Assembly: GCA_965644295.1 (NCBI GenBank) | Contig: CBFFRP010000598.1 | Location: forward strand, 1 to 64,000 | Direction: 5' to 3' | DNA length: 64,000 bases | From: Paraphysomonas bandaiensis | Lineage: Eukaryota > Protista > Chrysophyceae | Part shown: one piece after another, positions 14,001-27,836 of the stretch | Layout: every line of letters begins with the position of its first letter | Position numbering within the stretch: position 1 is the first letter of the stretch | Made by a program: the position numbers and the translations under genes | The notes under the pieces: generated by a model | Database searches by the model: none | The model's input: only the letters and a program-made list of their open reading frames with translations | What the model was told of the DNA's origin: nothing

Positions 14001-16935
14001 AGTGGGTCAATCACGGTATGGGCCTGGTCCTCATCATCCTCTTTCTTCATACCTTCAGAGTTCTCCTCTCCATCCTCAGGTTTTGGATCCTCAACACTTT
14101 CCTCAGCACCATCGTGAGCAGTAGGTGTCAGAGTTGAAACAATAGAACGAGACGGAGTAGCTGACTCAGGCGGTGCGCCCCATACCTATTGCATATATTA
14201 CATATATCTATTGCGCCCTGCCTAGCAATTACCTGAAGAGCTCGATTACAAAAACATCGCGCAACATCTAAAAGAAATCCAGAAGACATATTGCTCCTAT
14301 TGTTCTCTAGCTGCGTACTAATCAGGGAGGGGTATTTGTCATTTCGCAGAGAGTCCTTCGCGACAGTAGCCAACTCCGATTCAAGAGTTGAGGCGGTGCT
14401 ATTGAGCTGTGCACAATCAATGATACCATACCCACTACAAAACAAGGCACAATACCTTGTTGTCATACAATGATCGAACGGTAAAAGATGGCTGCCCTCG
14501 AGACGGAAACTTCGGTGGAAAAGACACAATCAATATCGCAACTTGAACTTTATCAGCGTCTTCTGCCTCCGATGCCTTAGCAAGTTCCGGCTCACTAGTG
14601 TAGGACTCGGCTTTTGATAGTGAACCACCCACAGCCACCGGGTCCTGTGAAGTCTCCTGAGAAACTGATGCATTTACAACTAACAATGTACCAATTAGAA
14701 TAAGACTGCAGTGTTAACAAAATATACCAGGTATAGAGGCATTGTTTGCTATATGTAGATCAGGCCGTGTCATCTCCAGTGTAATCTGTGCAATGAAGAC
14801 ATTTAAAATTCGATTAAACGCATACTGATAATGAGACATACACCACAGGACTGCTAACAACTTCATTTGCAATTTACCTGGCCGGCATACTGATCTATCC
14901 GCCCTATACTTAGCCCATGAAGTGATCCTTTCTGTAGAGCCTCCTCCAAAACAAGTATCTCATGCTGCAGTTGACCCCAGAAATCACCTTTCGACTGTAT
15001 TTTTGTGGTTAGTGTGGAAACAACACTCGACTGGGCAATAGCATGTAACCACAAAATACTAAGACTAGAACACACCTGGTGTGACGAATCATCAGCTGGC
15101 TCACCCCCGCTGAGCAAGGATGGAGACAAGAGAGTACGCTTCAGTCCCGACACTGAGAATCTAGGGGGATTCATGCGTAAACTCGTCTTAGTATCCTTGT
15201 TCGATATGCGCTGCACCTGCTGCCGGCCAGCGCGACTAGTCGTTGACCCTGATCCATCTCCACAAAACCTGTAGCGTAATATTTGTCAATAACAGCCCCC
15301 ACCATTTAGCACTCGAATGGGAGTATAAACACATGAATTGAGGAATCATAACAGCAAATTTACACGTATCAAATATAGACTATAAAGTTAATGCCTCACT
15401 TGTCTACGACATCATGTGATAGAGCAACTGCATGAAGAGTAGAGGTAGCAGACAGCATTACAAGCTCTAAGCCGGTGTGCGTGGGAAGTAATCTTCCTGG
15501 TGTACCCCAGCGCATTCCTAGCACGGGATCGGGAGACAGAGCCACCTGAAGACCACATATTTTTAAAACTAAGTGCACGATTTTGTGCACAATGAATAAA
15601 ACCAAATGTTCAAAGGAAGTACAGGCGTACAATCATAACCATATACAACAAGTCTTGGCGTAAGTTTACCTGCTGACTAGGGGCAGTGTACTGGCTCGAC
15701 GACGAGGTACTCTGTTGTCCAGGTGGCTCGTAAAGATTCATCAGAGAATATCCCTTCCTGCGAAACACATACAACATCATAAATTTATGTGTACGGCATC
15801 TAAATTAACAATAGGAGACTATGCATAAACAAAAGTTAGAATGCACCCTAACCTGGGATATCCATTTATCCATATAGACGTAGGCGGAACTCCATCATTC
15901 TCCGTCGCATCAATAGCAGTTAATATTCGCCTAACTTTCTGCAACGACTCTCCTATTGGAGTGGCGTCGGAGTCGGATCGGGTCGAGTCGGGTGTAGAAG
16001 GTTTCTGTGCGTTGGCCTCTTTGTGCGTTGACACCACAGCCCGCCCAATTGGTGTAGGCAGAATGAACGAGTCTAACCCTACCGCTTTGTGATCCTCTCT
16101 AACAGCCTCGCGAGAACCAGTACGCCCGTCCCACCAAGATAATGAACCTTGCCCACAGGATGTCACTAGGCAAGGACTATCATGATGTGTCCATGCGATT
16201 TGGTGAACCCCATTGGCGGGCTTCATGTGGCATATCGATATCGAACCTATCTCTCCATCACATCCATTATGGGGTTCTTTCGTCAACGGTAGTACTAGCA
16301 TACGGGTATCCCATACATATGCTGCTTCTTCGTTGCATGCCGCAAGCAGGTTCGGCTGGGAAGGGCACCACGCGACATTGCTGCATACACCTCCAAGAGA
16401 CATCGACTGCAGGGCTGAGGCAGTTGCGCGGATGTCAAATATTCGAACATCTCCACAGTCACATGAAGTCGCCATTGCATTTGCGTTTCCACTTGACCAG
16501 TCCATATCCGTTATCCTGTCCACAGTATCGTAGTATTATTGACAAACAATTCGTCATATATATTCTCACCAGCCCGAGCTTCTAATAATCCCTAACAGCG
16601 GCCTCAAGGAATGTAACGGATCCCACAAAGCGACCGCCCCTCCTCGTAAAGCAGATAATTTTCCTTCTTTCTGGTATTTAACTCTTCTTATTTGCTGAGG
16701 CTGTTCATAATGAATGACGTGACGAGGAGCTCCCAAACCATTCAAATGAAAGAAAGTCATACATCCCGGCGACGCAACAACTACAGCGGCACATCACCTC
16801 AACCACATCACCATATTAGCAACGGAACACACCTGCCATATCGTTTGAAGGGCTGAGATCGAAAGCAGTCGGACGACCACGCACAGACAACTGAACAGAC
16901 ATCGTGCCCGGGGGAGGGGCACTGTGCTTCAGCAT
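11070..16935 (-). CDS. WDR59: GATOR2/SEACAT subunit WDR59 (Sea3), multi-exon
   Basis: WD40 'ITDMDWSSGNANAMATS..DVRIFDIR' and 'VAWCPSQPNLLA'; RWD-like 'VSFPPKFPS'; 'VPCPISSGGIFSTTGILSCF'; 'WTVHALGRPLL..GDLQSTATI'; 'YADILHRW'; C-terminal RING 'CSLCEQ-VLRG..FCPLCGHGGHPEHIKAWF..CPTGCGCRC'. The order matches WDR59. Start MLKHSAPP at 16935, first intron GT..AG. Confidence 0.93.
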
Positions 16936-17093
16936 GAATCACTTGATCCCTTCAAACGCTACTAAGTTAATCTATACTGGGAAAAATGATGTTAGTATGC
17001 GCTCAGCACATAAGACGGCAGGCTTCTATAGATAAGACCAAGTTACATATAAGCATCCTGTGAACAAGATGAATTCCATGATATAGATATACG

Positions 17094-17800
17094 CATACAT
17101 ACATACATACATACATACATACATACATACATACATACATACATACATACATACATACATACATACATACATACATACATACATACATACATACATACAT
17201 ACATACATACATACATACATACATACATACATACATACATACATACATACATACATACATACATACATACATACATACATACATACATACATACATACAT
17301 ACATACATACATACATACATACATACATACATACATACATACATACATACATACATACATACATACATACATACATACATACATACATACATACATACAT
17401 ACATACATACATACATACATACATACATACATACATACCATACATACATACATACATACATACATACATACATACATACATACATACATACATACATACA
17501 TACATACATACATACATACATACATACATACATACATACATACATACATACATACATACATACATACATACATACATACATACATACATACATACATACA
17601 TACATACATACATACATACATACATACATACATACATACATACATACATACATACATACATACATACATACATACATACATACATACATACATACATACA
17701 TACATACATACATACATACATACATACATACATACATACATACATACATACATACATACATACATACATACATACATACATACATACATACATACATACA
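17094..17800. repeat. (CATA)n / (TATG)n microsatellite, ~700 bp
   Basis: Pure tetranucleotide array with one phase slip near 17438. Confidence 0.99.
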
Positions 17801-17932
17801 CAGGAGTTTGTGTATCTGCCAATCTATTATTCGTTCATAGTTGTATATTATTTCTTTATTGGCCCAAAGCGTAATATCTTATAGTTATAACATACCCTGA
17901 ACCGAAGCCCCTATAACCGCGGCTTATCTTCA

Positions 17933-19376
17933 ATGGATTTATCGTCCGCTGAGAATAAGATATCTCGTCTTCGTGGGCGTATAGTTGATGCGGGGTCGTG
18001 CGATAATCTTACTAGACGAGCTCTTTATTCGGACGTCGAGTTGCTGCGTCTGGACATTATAGAGTCCGGTATACCGGATGATAAGCGTGAGGGATTGTAC
18101 AATAAGCTCGATGACCTTGCATCAGGGCTAGCTCTCAGACCTCTTGCGCGTAATGAGAGGTGGTGGACAACGATCGATTATACCTACCGCTTTATCGGAC
18201 TCGTAGCTCTCTTTATTACAACTGGAGCATTTTTTTCTGTTCCTCTTTTTGTGCTTCAGTCGGTGGATAGTGTCTTAATCAAAGTAAATTTGTTATCTCC
18301 TTCAAATAAGCTCTCGGAGATGCTGAAAAGATTTATTGCCAAGTGGTTTGTGCTAGTCTCCGGGGTTACCCTGACTGTCGATGGTTTAGATCCTAGCTAC
18401 TTCCAAGATTCCTGTGCTATTATGACCTTCAGTCACGCCAGTAACTTGGATGGGTTTTTAATCTCCAGTACGTGTCCTGTACAGCACTTTGCCCTGGCGA
18501 AAAAGGAGCTTTTCCTCGTGCCCTTTTTCAGCTGGATCGCTCTAGCCTTTGGTGGTGTGCCCGTGGATCGGAAGCACAGGGAGCGAGCTGTGCTAGCTCT
18601 ACAGCGCTCAACAGAGGCAGCTAAATCGGGGAATAGCTGTATTGTCATTGCCCCTGAAGGCACACGATCCACTACAGGACAACTGAACACGTTCAAAAAA
18701 GGTGAGGGCACTGCTACATTGAATCGATTATGTGTTTAATCTCAAATTACAAATAGGGGTATTTCACATGTGGGAGCAGCTAAAATCTCCTATTGTTCCT
18801 TTCATTACGTATGGCGCTTTTGAATTATTTCCTAAAAGTACGTTTCGATTTATCCATATTACACTGATTGTGGTCTCGCGTATAGTGTTGTATAAAATTT
18901 GATGTGATTTTACGAACAGAGAGCTGGGTAAACACTACAGGCCGAGTACATGCGCGCTATCTTAAACCCATACTTCCTTCCGAGGCCACTTCTCGACAGC
19001 AGATGGAGATCCTCCTTCGCCGTCGCATGTTGGAAGCCCTGAAGGACTGCCCCCCTGGGTTGGATAAGGAAATATCTACCTCCGGATATATTGCGCATGT
19101 TCTGGGTGTCACCGCAACACTTGCTCTGGATGTTGGGCTAGGGATGGTGGTATCCCGAACAGTATTCAAGAATATGTCTCCGGGTGCAATTGCCAGTCGG
19201 GTGGGGATTTGGAGTGGAGCGCTTACGGCGGGACTATACATCTACTATGTGTATCTCATTCATATGTGGCCTTTTTCCGCCCGGGAGCAGAATAAATCTG
19301 CGAAAAAAACAGGTAGTGGTACATTAATTTACTCTTGTGTTATATATATAACTTTGGTTGTTTGTTCACAGATTAG
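17933..19376 (+). CDS. 1-acyl-sn-glycerol-3-phosphate acyltransferase (LPAAT/PlsC family), 4 exons
   Basis: HX4D motif 'SHASNLD', 'AKKELF..PFF', 'VDR', 'PEGTRS', and 'FKKG-VFH' across intron 18702-18756; TM helices at both ends; probable last exon ends in TAG at 19374-19376. Confidence 0.9.
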
Positions 19377-19964
19377 TTTGGATCGTGTAGGTCATCTTGT
19401 GTATCAAACTCAATTTGTGTAATTAGAGGGTATACTTTTTGGTCCAACGGCTGTAATAAGTTACACTTGTGATTTGTTTAATACCAGACTTGTCAGAGAA
19501 TAGAGACATTTGTTTCGCTTACGGTGAGAGCACATGTTCTACATTCCACACAAGAACACCACTTCAACAAACAACTGCTGCTTTCAATGAGTTGGAAAAA
19601 TCTAATTAGGTAATCTTAATCTCGGATAAGCTACTCTACAATATGTTTCAACATACAGAAAAGATTACTGTGCAAAGATATATTATTAAAACATATATTC
19701 AATTTATAGCCAATCACCAGCACAGTAATAAATCAGTAGTCACTAACACATTCCCCTAACAAAGCCAGAACAAAAAGTCATCATCACAAAAGATTATTTC
19801 ATAGAAGAACTGGAATTTCTCTGTAATCTGCACAGCAAACCACTAATCAGTCTCCGTTCACTATAGATATCTGTCTGTATTATATAACAGGAGTTTAAGT
19901 ACAAGCAATGTACGACAATGAGACCAACGTTTCGATCGAGCCACACAACCCGTACCCACACCAA

Positions 19965-22080
19965 TTAAAGACCGTATGATCCATTCCTGGCATCATAACT
20001 CGGTCTAGAGTACTCAGTGCGCTCTGCCTCAATGCTTTGAGCATGCTGGGATGTCTGGGGTGAAGGGAAGGGATAACTTGGAGGCTTTTCGGGGGTTGGC
20101 AATAGACGTGATGGAATGGCTGATGACGACACTGCTTCCTCGTCTGCTGTTTCCACATGCCCTCTGTTTGAACGCCAGGACTCATCATACATCAGCTCCT
20201 CAGTATCAACTGCAGGAATAACGCTGGGTACATGTATACTGGCGGTGCTGTTACTACTGGATACGCGAGCCAACATTGGTGGTGGCGGTGGTGGCGCTTC
20301 TGTATTTTTGACATTACTACTGCCACCAATATTATTGGATGTAACCTCGCGCGAGTCACCACCACTCCATTTCATCCACTCTCTGAGAGGATCATTAGTC
20401 GTGCTGTTTCGAGGTGCAGTACGAATGCCCTCCCCATTTGTGCCTGTGCGGTCGTGTCGAAGTATAGCGACCTGCCTTTGTAACTCAAGCATCCGTGAGT
20501 TACTTCCAGCTAGCGGAGTACTAGTTCCCGACTCTGCGGTATAGTTGTGCTCGGTTGATGAATGGTAACTGGTATTATCACTGCGCTGGAGTGATTTAGT
20601 GTAAGGACTGGCCAAGAAATCTTCTCTAAAAGGTGTGGAAGGATTGTCTCCTTTGACAAGGGCAGCAGCAGGAGAAAACAACCAGTCAGATGTAGCCGTG
20701 CCAAAGTGTGAAGTATTCGAGTGCTCATCGTCGTCATTCGCATACCCTCGTCCCATGAAATTCTTCGTTTCAGAGGCATTATTACTCTCAGCAGTGGAGA
20801 GATTGAAAGAAACGTGTCTGGCCACTGTATCTGGAGTGTTCGTCCTGTCAGATATATGTCGATCATCGGAGGGTGGACACGGCGGCATAACTGGTGTGTG
20901 GATGCCACCCTTTTCAGTGCCAGGTGTTGTCACGTGAGAAGAAACTATTGGAGTTGCAGTGTGCTCCTCTTGGCGAAATAGATCAACTGTACGGTCCGTA
21001 CCAGGAGTAGTCACCCGTTGGTCTGTACCAGCTATTGCAGGAGAAGAAAACGTCGAAGAATACTTCTCAATATTGGGTTCTTTTTGCAGTGTGCCTGTCG
21101 AAAGAGCCTCTAGCTTGTCAACTCGTCTGAGGAGAGCAGTATAAGCATCTTGCTGTTTATTACGCTCCACTTCCCCAGCTAGCATATACGTCATGGTCTG
21201 GCAAACCTGTATTTAACTGATTACTTTCGAGTTACACATAATACACGAAAGTGTTTCGTATGCCATAAATAGCATCAATATTATATGTTTATTCATAGAA
21301 TTATACGAAAAAACAGTATTCCCACCAGCTGCACTAGGTATCGGAGCACAGACACAGGCCTCAAACTCTCCGTAGAACCATTACTCAGACCAAGAGCCAT
21401 ACTGAGCTCCTATATGTGCATCAGCATTACTATGTCAAATAGGTTTAACTGCATGAATATGCCCTCACCTCCACATCTATCGCACTTCGCTTTCCTGACA
21501 GCTGTTCGTAGTATCGCAGTTCACCATTCAGTGTCTCTATCATATTGCTAATCTCTGCCATCTCTTTCTGAGATAGCGATATATGACCTTTGTCGGTGGA
21601 CACCTTGCCATTGTCTTCGCTTGTCGGAGGATGGCTAAGAGATGTCTTTGGTTTCCTATTAGGCTCGTATTGCATACCAGGCTTTGATGTTTTCTTCTTA
21701 TTATCAGGTTTCAGTTTTGGGTTGTCTCGCAACGAAGATTTCGCTGACACAACAGGTTTTATAGGAGTGTATAAATCTTCCTCGTCGTCGTTAGACTGAA
21801 TCAAATCTAGAGACGTCAACTCATCAGCATACTCCTCTGTCTGTCTGCGCACAGACTGATAGCTTGATCCATCATCAGCTCCTGTCTTCTTAGATCGAGG
21901 ACGACGAACTGGTCTTGTTCGCCTTGTCGGAGGTTTGGAAGTGAGTATGTTGTGTTTCGACACCAAGAGCTTCTTCTTGCGGAGGATCTCTTCTCTGGAT
22001 AGTTTGAACTGATCTCCGTCTGTTAGATAGGTGTTCCACGAGGGACGAGTCCGGGGGGATGCAGATGCCTTTGATTTCAT
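19965..22080 (-). CDS. SPICE1/CCDC52-like centriolar coiled-coil protein (3 exons), disordered C-terminus
   Basis: 'PSWNTYLTD..FKLSREEILRKKKLLVSKHN' and 'SNMIETLNGELRYYEQLSGKR' resemble the two conserved SPICE1 blocks as recalled from memory. Confidence 0.5.
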
Positions 22081-22556
22081 GATATTATCACCTTATGATC
22101 TGGCGTATGAGTATATCAACAGGATGGATGTGTGTGTTGCCTGTATGTATATGTTATGTGCAGTATGTGTGTATGTATGTGTGTGTAGATCCGCAGAATC
22201 GAAATTCAAATTTCATGCTTGCATTCAACTCGACGCATGGTCTGGCTGAAAAATACAATCTACAATGGAAAAGGTTCACATGTACTGCTTTACTCTTTGT
22301 GTAGTACGATTGTTGCAGTACGGTTCCAGTGGGTTGTACATTGTACAGCACGTACAGCAGTCATGTACTCTGTACTGTACCAGTATACCCATGTACTCCA
22401 TATCTAGATATGTGATATAGCAGTACTATTCCACATAAATTTACGGAAAAATCGGCATAGGACGATCATACAGTCACCTGACACTGTTGAGAGCATTGCG
22501 CGCGGCGCTGCTGTATCAGCTCTTTATAAAAGCGTTTAACATCGCACCGTGCTCCA

Positions 22557-23375
22557 ATGAAAGATATTGGGGAGTATGAAAGAACCAGACAGCTGAATAT
22601 TGCTCGAAACGAAGCCTTTTTGAAAGATATCGGATTACATCAAGTAAAAAAAGATATTGCTTCTTCCTCTTGCAGTGAACGTCAGTTAGCCGGAACTAAG
22701 CGAAAGCAAAGATCTGTTTCACACGAGATTGAAAAGACTAGACGAAGATCAAGTAGATTACAGAAGATCTCAACTGATGATAAACTGGAACAAGACTCAG
22801 ATAACGTACATCAGGGCGCCATAAGTACAGGTTTGAAAAAATATTTTTAAAACTGATATTTACGATATACTAGATCGCCAACAACTTAAGAAATCGTACT
22901 ACAAAGAGGCTAGTTTTGGTGATGATAGCGATAAAAGAAAGAGAATCACACCTCAGGTAATCGATATGTGCCATGCACAATGTATTGATTAAAAACATTG
23001 CTGTAACAGATACTTCTGGATTATATACTCGCTAGAAGTGAAGAGCACTATAATAGTTCCACTTCAAGTGTAAGTTCTTGACATGGCAGCACAACAGTAC
23101 GTTTATCATTTTTTTATGCAGTTGGTCGTCCACACTGTTGATCGAATTAACAGCATGTCTATTCAGCAACTCCAGAATCGTATGACCAAAATTACTACGT
23201 AAGTCTTCATAATACATAGTTCCAGTGGTGAAGTTTTAATGTTTTAATATTAATATCAATCTGTAGGGCCCAGAAGATGATTTTATTTTATTATGGCCTC
23301 TCCTGTGCCGACCTTGACGATCTCGCAGAGTCAGCTAAAGAGAAATTGAAAACAATGTTTAAAATTTATGTATGA
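22557..23375 (+). CDS. Hypothetical nuclear protein with N-terminal 'EYER.RQ.NIARNEAFL..IGL' motif (seen in WDR76/CDCA7-type N-termini), 5 exons
   Basis: Exons join in frame over four GT-AG introns; basic NLS-like runs (TKRKQR, RRRSSRL); ends ...KIYV* at 23375. Confidence 0.65.
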
Positions 23376-23812
23376 AGTTGTATTGCTTGAAGCAGATTGT
23401 ATTCGTCATTGTAGCTTCATTTCTGTTTTACCAGTGTATTTTGATGGTGTCTGTAAAACTGTAACATTTCTCTCTATCTGAAGTAGTTGGCAAGTAGAAG
23501 TTGTCATGAAAGCTAGTTCACTATGTTGCTTGACGTTATGTATATCAACTGTCACGCGTCCCATCATGTACGTAATAACATTATGTTCGTTAGGGACAAG
23601 AAAGTAACAATGTTATATAGTATTTTTAGTTTGAGTTGTTGTTTAAACTGTTATTATTTTTACTTCACAAAATAAAAAATATTAATAGGGGAGACAAACG
23701 ACGTGCATATTAGTTACTGATGCGTGACAGTAATTAAGAGTTATCATGAAGAAAGCAAATAATAATAAGACAAACATTAATTACACTGAAATCATATTCT
23801 ACAACTCTGCTA

Positions 23813-24091
23813 TTATCGCAGCCCAATTAAAGAGGCAGCAATACTTATGCAGCAGATTCCAACACCAAACAGAATTCTCTTTACCATGTGCTCCCCTTCA
23901 GTGCGCGGATTCTTAATTCTCGAATATAAATCACTTCCACTCAGAGATTTATTTCGGTTTATTTTAATTGATCGCTGTATATTTTTTCCGGCTTTGTTTA
24001 TTCCATTCGTGAGCTTTGATTTATTAGCTTTCAACTTGTTGGTGAACAGAGCCTGTTTACTTTTGAGGCGCTGAATTAAATTCTGAAACAT
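23813..24091 (-). CDS. Small basic protein with C-terminal TM helix (possibly tail-anchored)
   Basis: 92-aa ORF ending ILFGVGICCISIAASLIGLR, divergent from the PPR gene across a promoter-like spacer; the 5' end is uncertain. Confidence 0.4.
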   Translation of the reverse strand: MFQNLIQRLKSKQALFTNKLKANKSKLTNGINKAGKNIQRSIKINRNKSLSGSDLYSRIKNPRTEGEHMVKRILFGVGICCISIAASLIGLR

Positions 24092-24490
24092 TGGATACAC
24101 AAAGCAATGGTAAGATTTTGAGATGATAAGTGCTGATTGATTCCTCGCCGGCTAGAATGAACACGCTGCAGCTATGAGTAACATCAATGAGCTACACCAC
24201 CCCTGCCCCTGTATACGGCACATAATACAGCAGTACATCCATATCACAATCATGCATATGCCTCACACCAACTATCTACACACTGTATACCGCCGGTATA
24301 GTCCAGCGAAATACGTTGTCATACTATCGTATACACTACTGACACAGTGGTACTGTATATGCGGTATACCATACATATAATCGTACATGCTGGCTGTTCG
24401 TCTATATGACCGTCTCTCTGTAGGTACACATACATTGACAGGTGCTCCCTGTACATTAAACACCAACCACCACACATCTCTGATCTCCGT

Positions 24491-26137
24491 ATGCTACCTG
24501 TACGGCTGTTTCGGCGGCATATCGCCCCTTCGTATCATTCAGGACGGCGCATGTTGTCTGTATCAGTGGATATCGATAGGCTGTTGCGTGAGGGCCCCTC
24601 TATAGCCGACAAGCTATCAGACGGGACTATTGATATATCTCCGCCTATGCTCTCTGAGTCTGTTATGAATCTCTGTGCGGAGAAGAAGTACAAACATGTG
24701 ATTGATGTGCACAGTTGGGTCCCTCCAACTCACAGTCACTACTCGTCGCAGTTGTCATACGCCGCAATGATCGCATACTCCGGTATGCATCAGTCTTCTA
24801 AGGTCACATAGAAGTATAGTATGCACCATCTAATACGTCGATGCAGGTTAGGAAATTAGTTAAAGCTTATGAATATCATTTAGACTTACGCACAAGCGCT
24901 ACCTTGCTGATAGCTGCATATTGTTACTCTAATAGGTAAGTTACTAACATTAGCATATCGTAATGGGTGGTGTAAGCGTTTGCTTCTCAGATTGCAAAGT
25001 GCTGAGAACTTATTAATGACGTGGCTTCAATGTCTACCACCATCAAGCAACCTAGACAACTTAATAGATGGAATTAAAGGCGGTCGTAACTTGGATTTCA
25101 AAGGATCATCGAAGGAAATAAGTTTGTCTCCCTGGGGTAAGGGTGGATCTAACGATGCTGTTGGTGTACCTGGCATGCGTGTATGGCACTCAATGATGTA
25201 CATGTATTCTATTCGGGGGGCTTGGAAGCAATGCTTTGCCATACTGCGGTTCCTTGAAGGCGAAGAAAAGGCGTTGGTGACCCAGGGGTTTCGCACCATC
25301 CCGGGAGTACGTTACCCAGTTCACTTAGATAATGTTGCATATCATAGAGCTATTGTTTCACTATGTGATGCTCTTGCTTTTCCTACCGCCATAGAGCTAT
25401 ATGATGAAGTACACTGTAAAAGTATTACTCCTCATCCGCGCTCACTTGCGCACTTTATACGGGTTTTATCTCTATGGGACGGAGTCGAGACTGATGAGGC
25501 GATGATGTCAATTTGCAATAAAGCTATACAAGTTATACTTACACTGAAACACACCAATGACGAAAAGTTTGCTGCCGTGCACGACCCGCGAGGCAGTTAC
25601 AGGGATTGGACCGTTCTGGGGGAAGTGGAAGAAGACCCCTCCTATTTCCCTCTTCTCGACGCTGGTATTCGTGACAGAAGAAAAACTATTGACGAGATGA
25701 TTTCGCAGATGCTGCGCTCATTAGCTGTTGATAGAGGTGCGTATTGTTGTGTCGTACCAATATCGATAGCAGAACTTGTTCATAGTAGTGGGTGATATTT
25801 ACTCCTTCACCTGCATTTCCATAGGTCTTAATGTATTTGCCAACGGAATAACTCAGCGGCTAAAGGATAACGGCCTTCACATTCCTGACGAAGGTCTATT
25901 CGCCCTTTTAGAAGTAAGTCACAGCATCCTGTTATTTCAATAATACTGACAAAGTGCTTCATTCAGGGGAAGTGCAGAGCTAATAAATGGAAGGATGCTG
26001 TACCAATTTACAATGAATTAAAGAGCAGAGGAGTTCCAGTTAGAGATACTATGGCATATCACCTCGTTGCGGATGCCATGATACGAGAAAATGCAAAATC
26101 TGAATTAGCACGATTTGTAGTTGATCAACACACGTAG
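24491..26137 (+). CDS. Pentatricopeptide-repeat-like protein, probably mitochondrial
   Basis: Arg-rich presequence MLPVRLFRRH..GRRMLS; PPR-like helical pairs 'VWHSMMYMYSIRGAWKQCFAIL', 'AYHRAIVSLC..AIELYDEV' and 'KWKDAVPIYNELKSRGV'; 5 exons. Confidence 0.7.
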
Positions 26138-26869
26138 TAGCTGAGCATATTAACATGTATTTCAATAATAAGACTCTGAATATGATGTAATATCAATGTT
26201 TGTATTTAAATATTGCATGTTGGGACCTGTAATGCAACTCTAACTTGTACTCTTAAGAACAATATGAATAGTCTACTGCATAGTCAAAATACAATCTAGC
26301 TACATTACTGTAACGGCTCAAGATTCGGAAGTTTATTAGAGAGCTCAAATTCACATTCGGAATACTATTCTGAACATATGAAGATACATATAGCACATTC
26401 ATAACAGCGTTAAGACAATCCATGATAATGGATGTGTATTGCGAATTATTTAGTAATATTGTCGTATTTCATCTTTTTTTGGACCAGAATTTTTGTATTT
26501 TAAATACACCACAAGTTTCTACAAACGTAAATAGTAAATATTGCGCTTGAACTCGGCATCGAGTACTTTATATAATATCAATCATGATGAAACACTAAAT
26601 GTGTCTTCTCTTAATAATGTAATTGTCCCTAGAATAACTATTTCAGTTTTAATTTCCTTCAACTTATACTTCTTCATGAAGATGTTCTTTTCCTGTACGA
26701 TATCAGAGTACAACTGCAAAAATAAATATTCAACAGCAACGAAATAATCGCAATCAAAATAACTGCAATCACCAAGAAACCGGCAATAGAGTACACATAA
26801 TATTGAAACAATTCAGGCAAATAATGCAATTGGATAATTGGATATTGGATATTAGCGTATCTTGTTCTC

Positions 26870-27560
26870 TATCCCTGCCACTCTTCTCATTCACTTGTGA
26901 CCGATTTGTAAACAATGGTGTTCTGCTGTAGTCTTCCCGAATACATTTCTCTAGTCATCCCAAACCTATCCACCAGCGTTTGAAGCATTTGCATAAACAA
27001 AGCTTTTATCGGGGTTATCAACTATAGCTAACTCTCGTGCCTTAACTCTTCCAGCTTATTTTGACAACATATAGCACCAGGTGATTTAGATTCTTCTTCA
27101 TCAGATGAATTTTTGTCTTCTGAGATGGGTCTTCAACTTGATACTTGTGAAGCTTCAGAACGTTTCGCCTTTTCATCCAAAATATCACTCATTGTAATGT
27201 TAGAATTGGATATTACACTTCATGTAAACTTTAAACTTCCTTCGTTGCGTACAACGTACTTCCAAGAAAGCATTAAAATTAATCTTAACTCCTTGCAACA
27301 TATTCAGGTAAACAACTGATCTTAACATCTTTTTTCGTATATTCACTAGCCAATCCTATATTATCCATAAATATCTCATGTAGAAATGCATCATAAACCG
27401 AATGTACTTCCTTTATAACTATCTTCATCTTTTACAAACATCCTAACAATTTATAACTATATCCACCCTTTCCTGCTACATGTTGGCTTCCCTATTCCAC
27501 ACATACCCACTTCAATTGCCCAATATACATTATAACTAACAGCAGAAATCATCATCCCCA
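26870..27560 (-). other. Degenerate coding-like remnant (stop-riddled), possibly TE- or pseudogene-derived
   Basis: Purine-skewed minus strand with protein-like fragments (MSDILDEKAKRSEASQ..SSDEEESKSP) interrupted by stops; no family recognised. Confidence 0.25.
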
Positions 27561-27836
27561 CACAATTGAGTCATATATATCGAAAACAGTTTATTATCTG
27601 TTTGGAAGTATTGCAAAAAATAAATACACGTTGGTATTCTATGTTAATAAATTTACTTTCACTATACTCCTTCCAGGCCAATCTTGCATGTACACAAAGT
27701 TGTATTCGACACAGGGTTCCGCATACAACAATTTGCTTGACAAGCAAGTCATTTCAACGGAAATAGAATACAACACAAATAACAAGAATCTTATACACAA
27801 CACTATACATTCACAGTATGTACTACTGTACATGCA

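Noticed and set aside
17003-17822. Three ~260-aa (MYVC)n ORFs
   Set aside because: Translation artefacts of the stop-free (TATG)n microsatellite.
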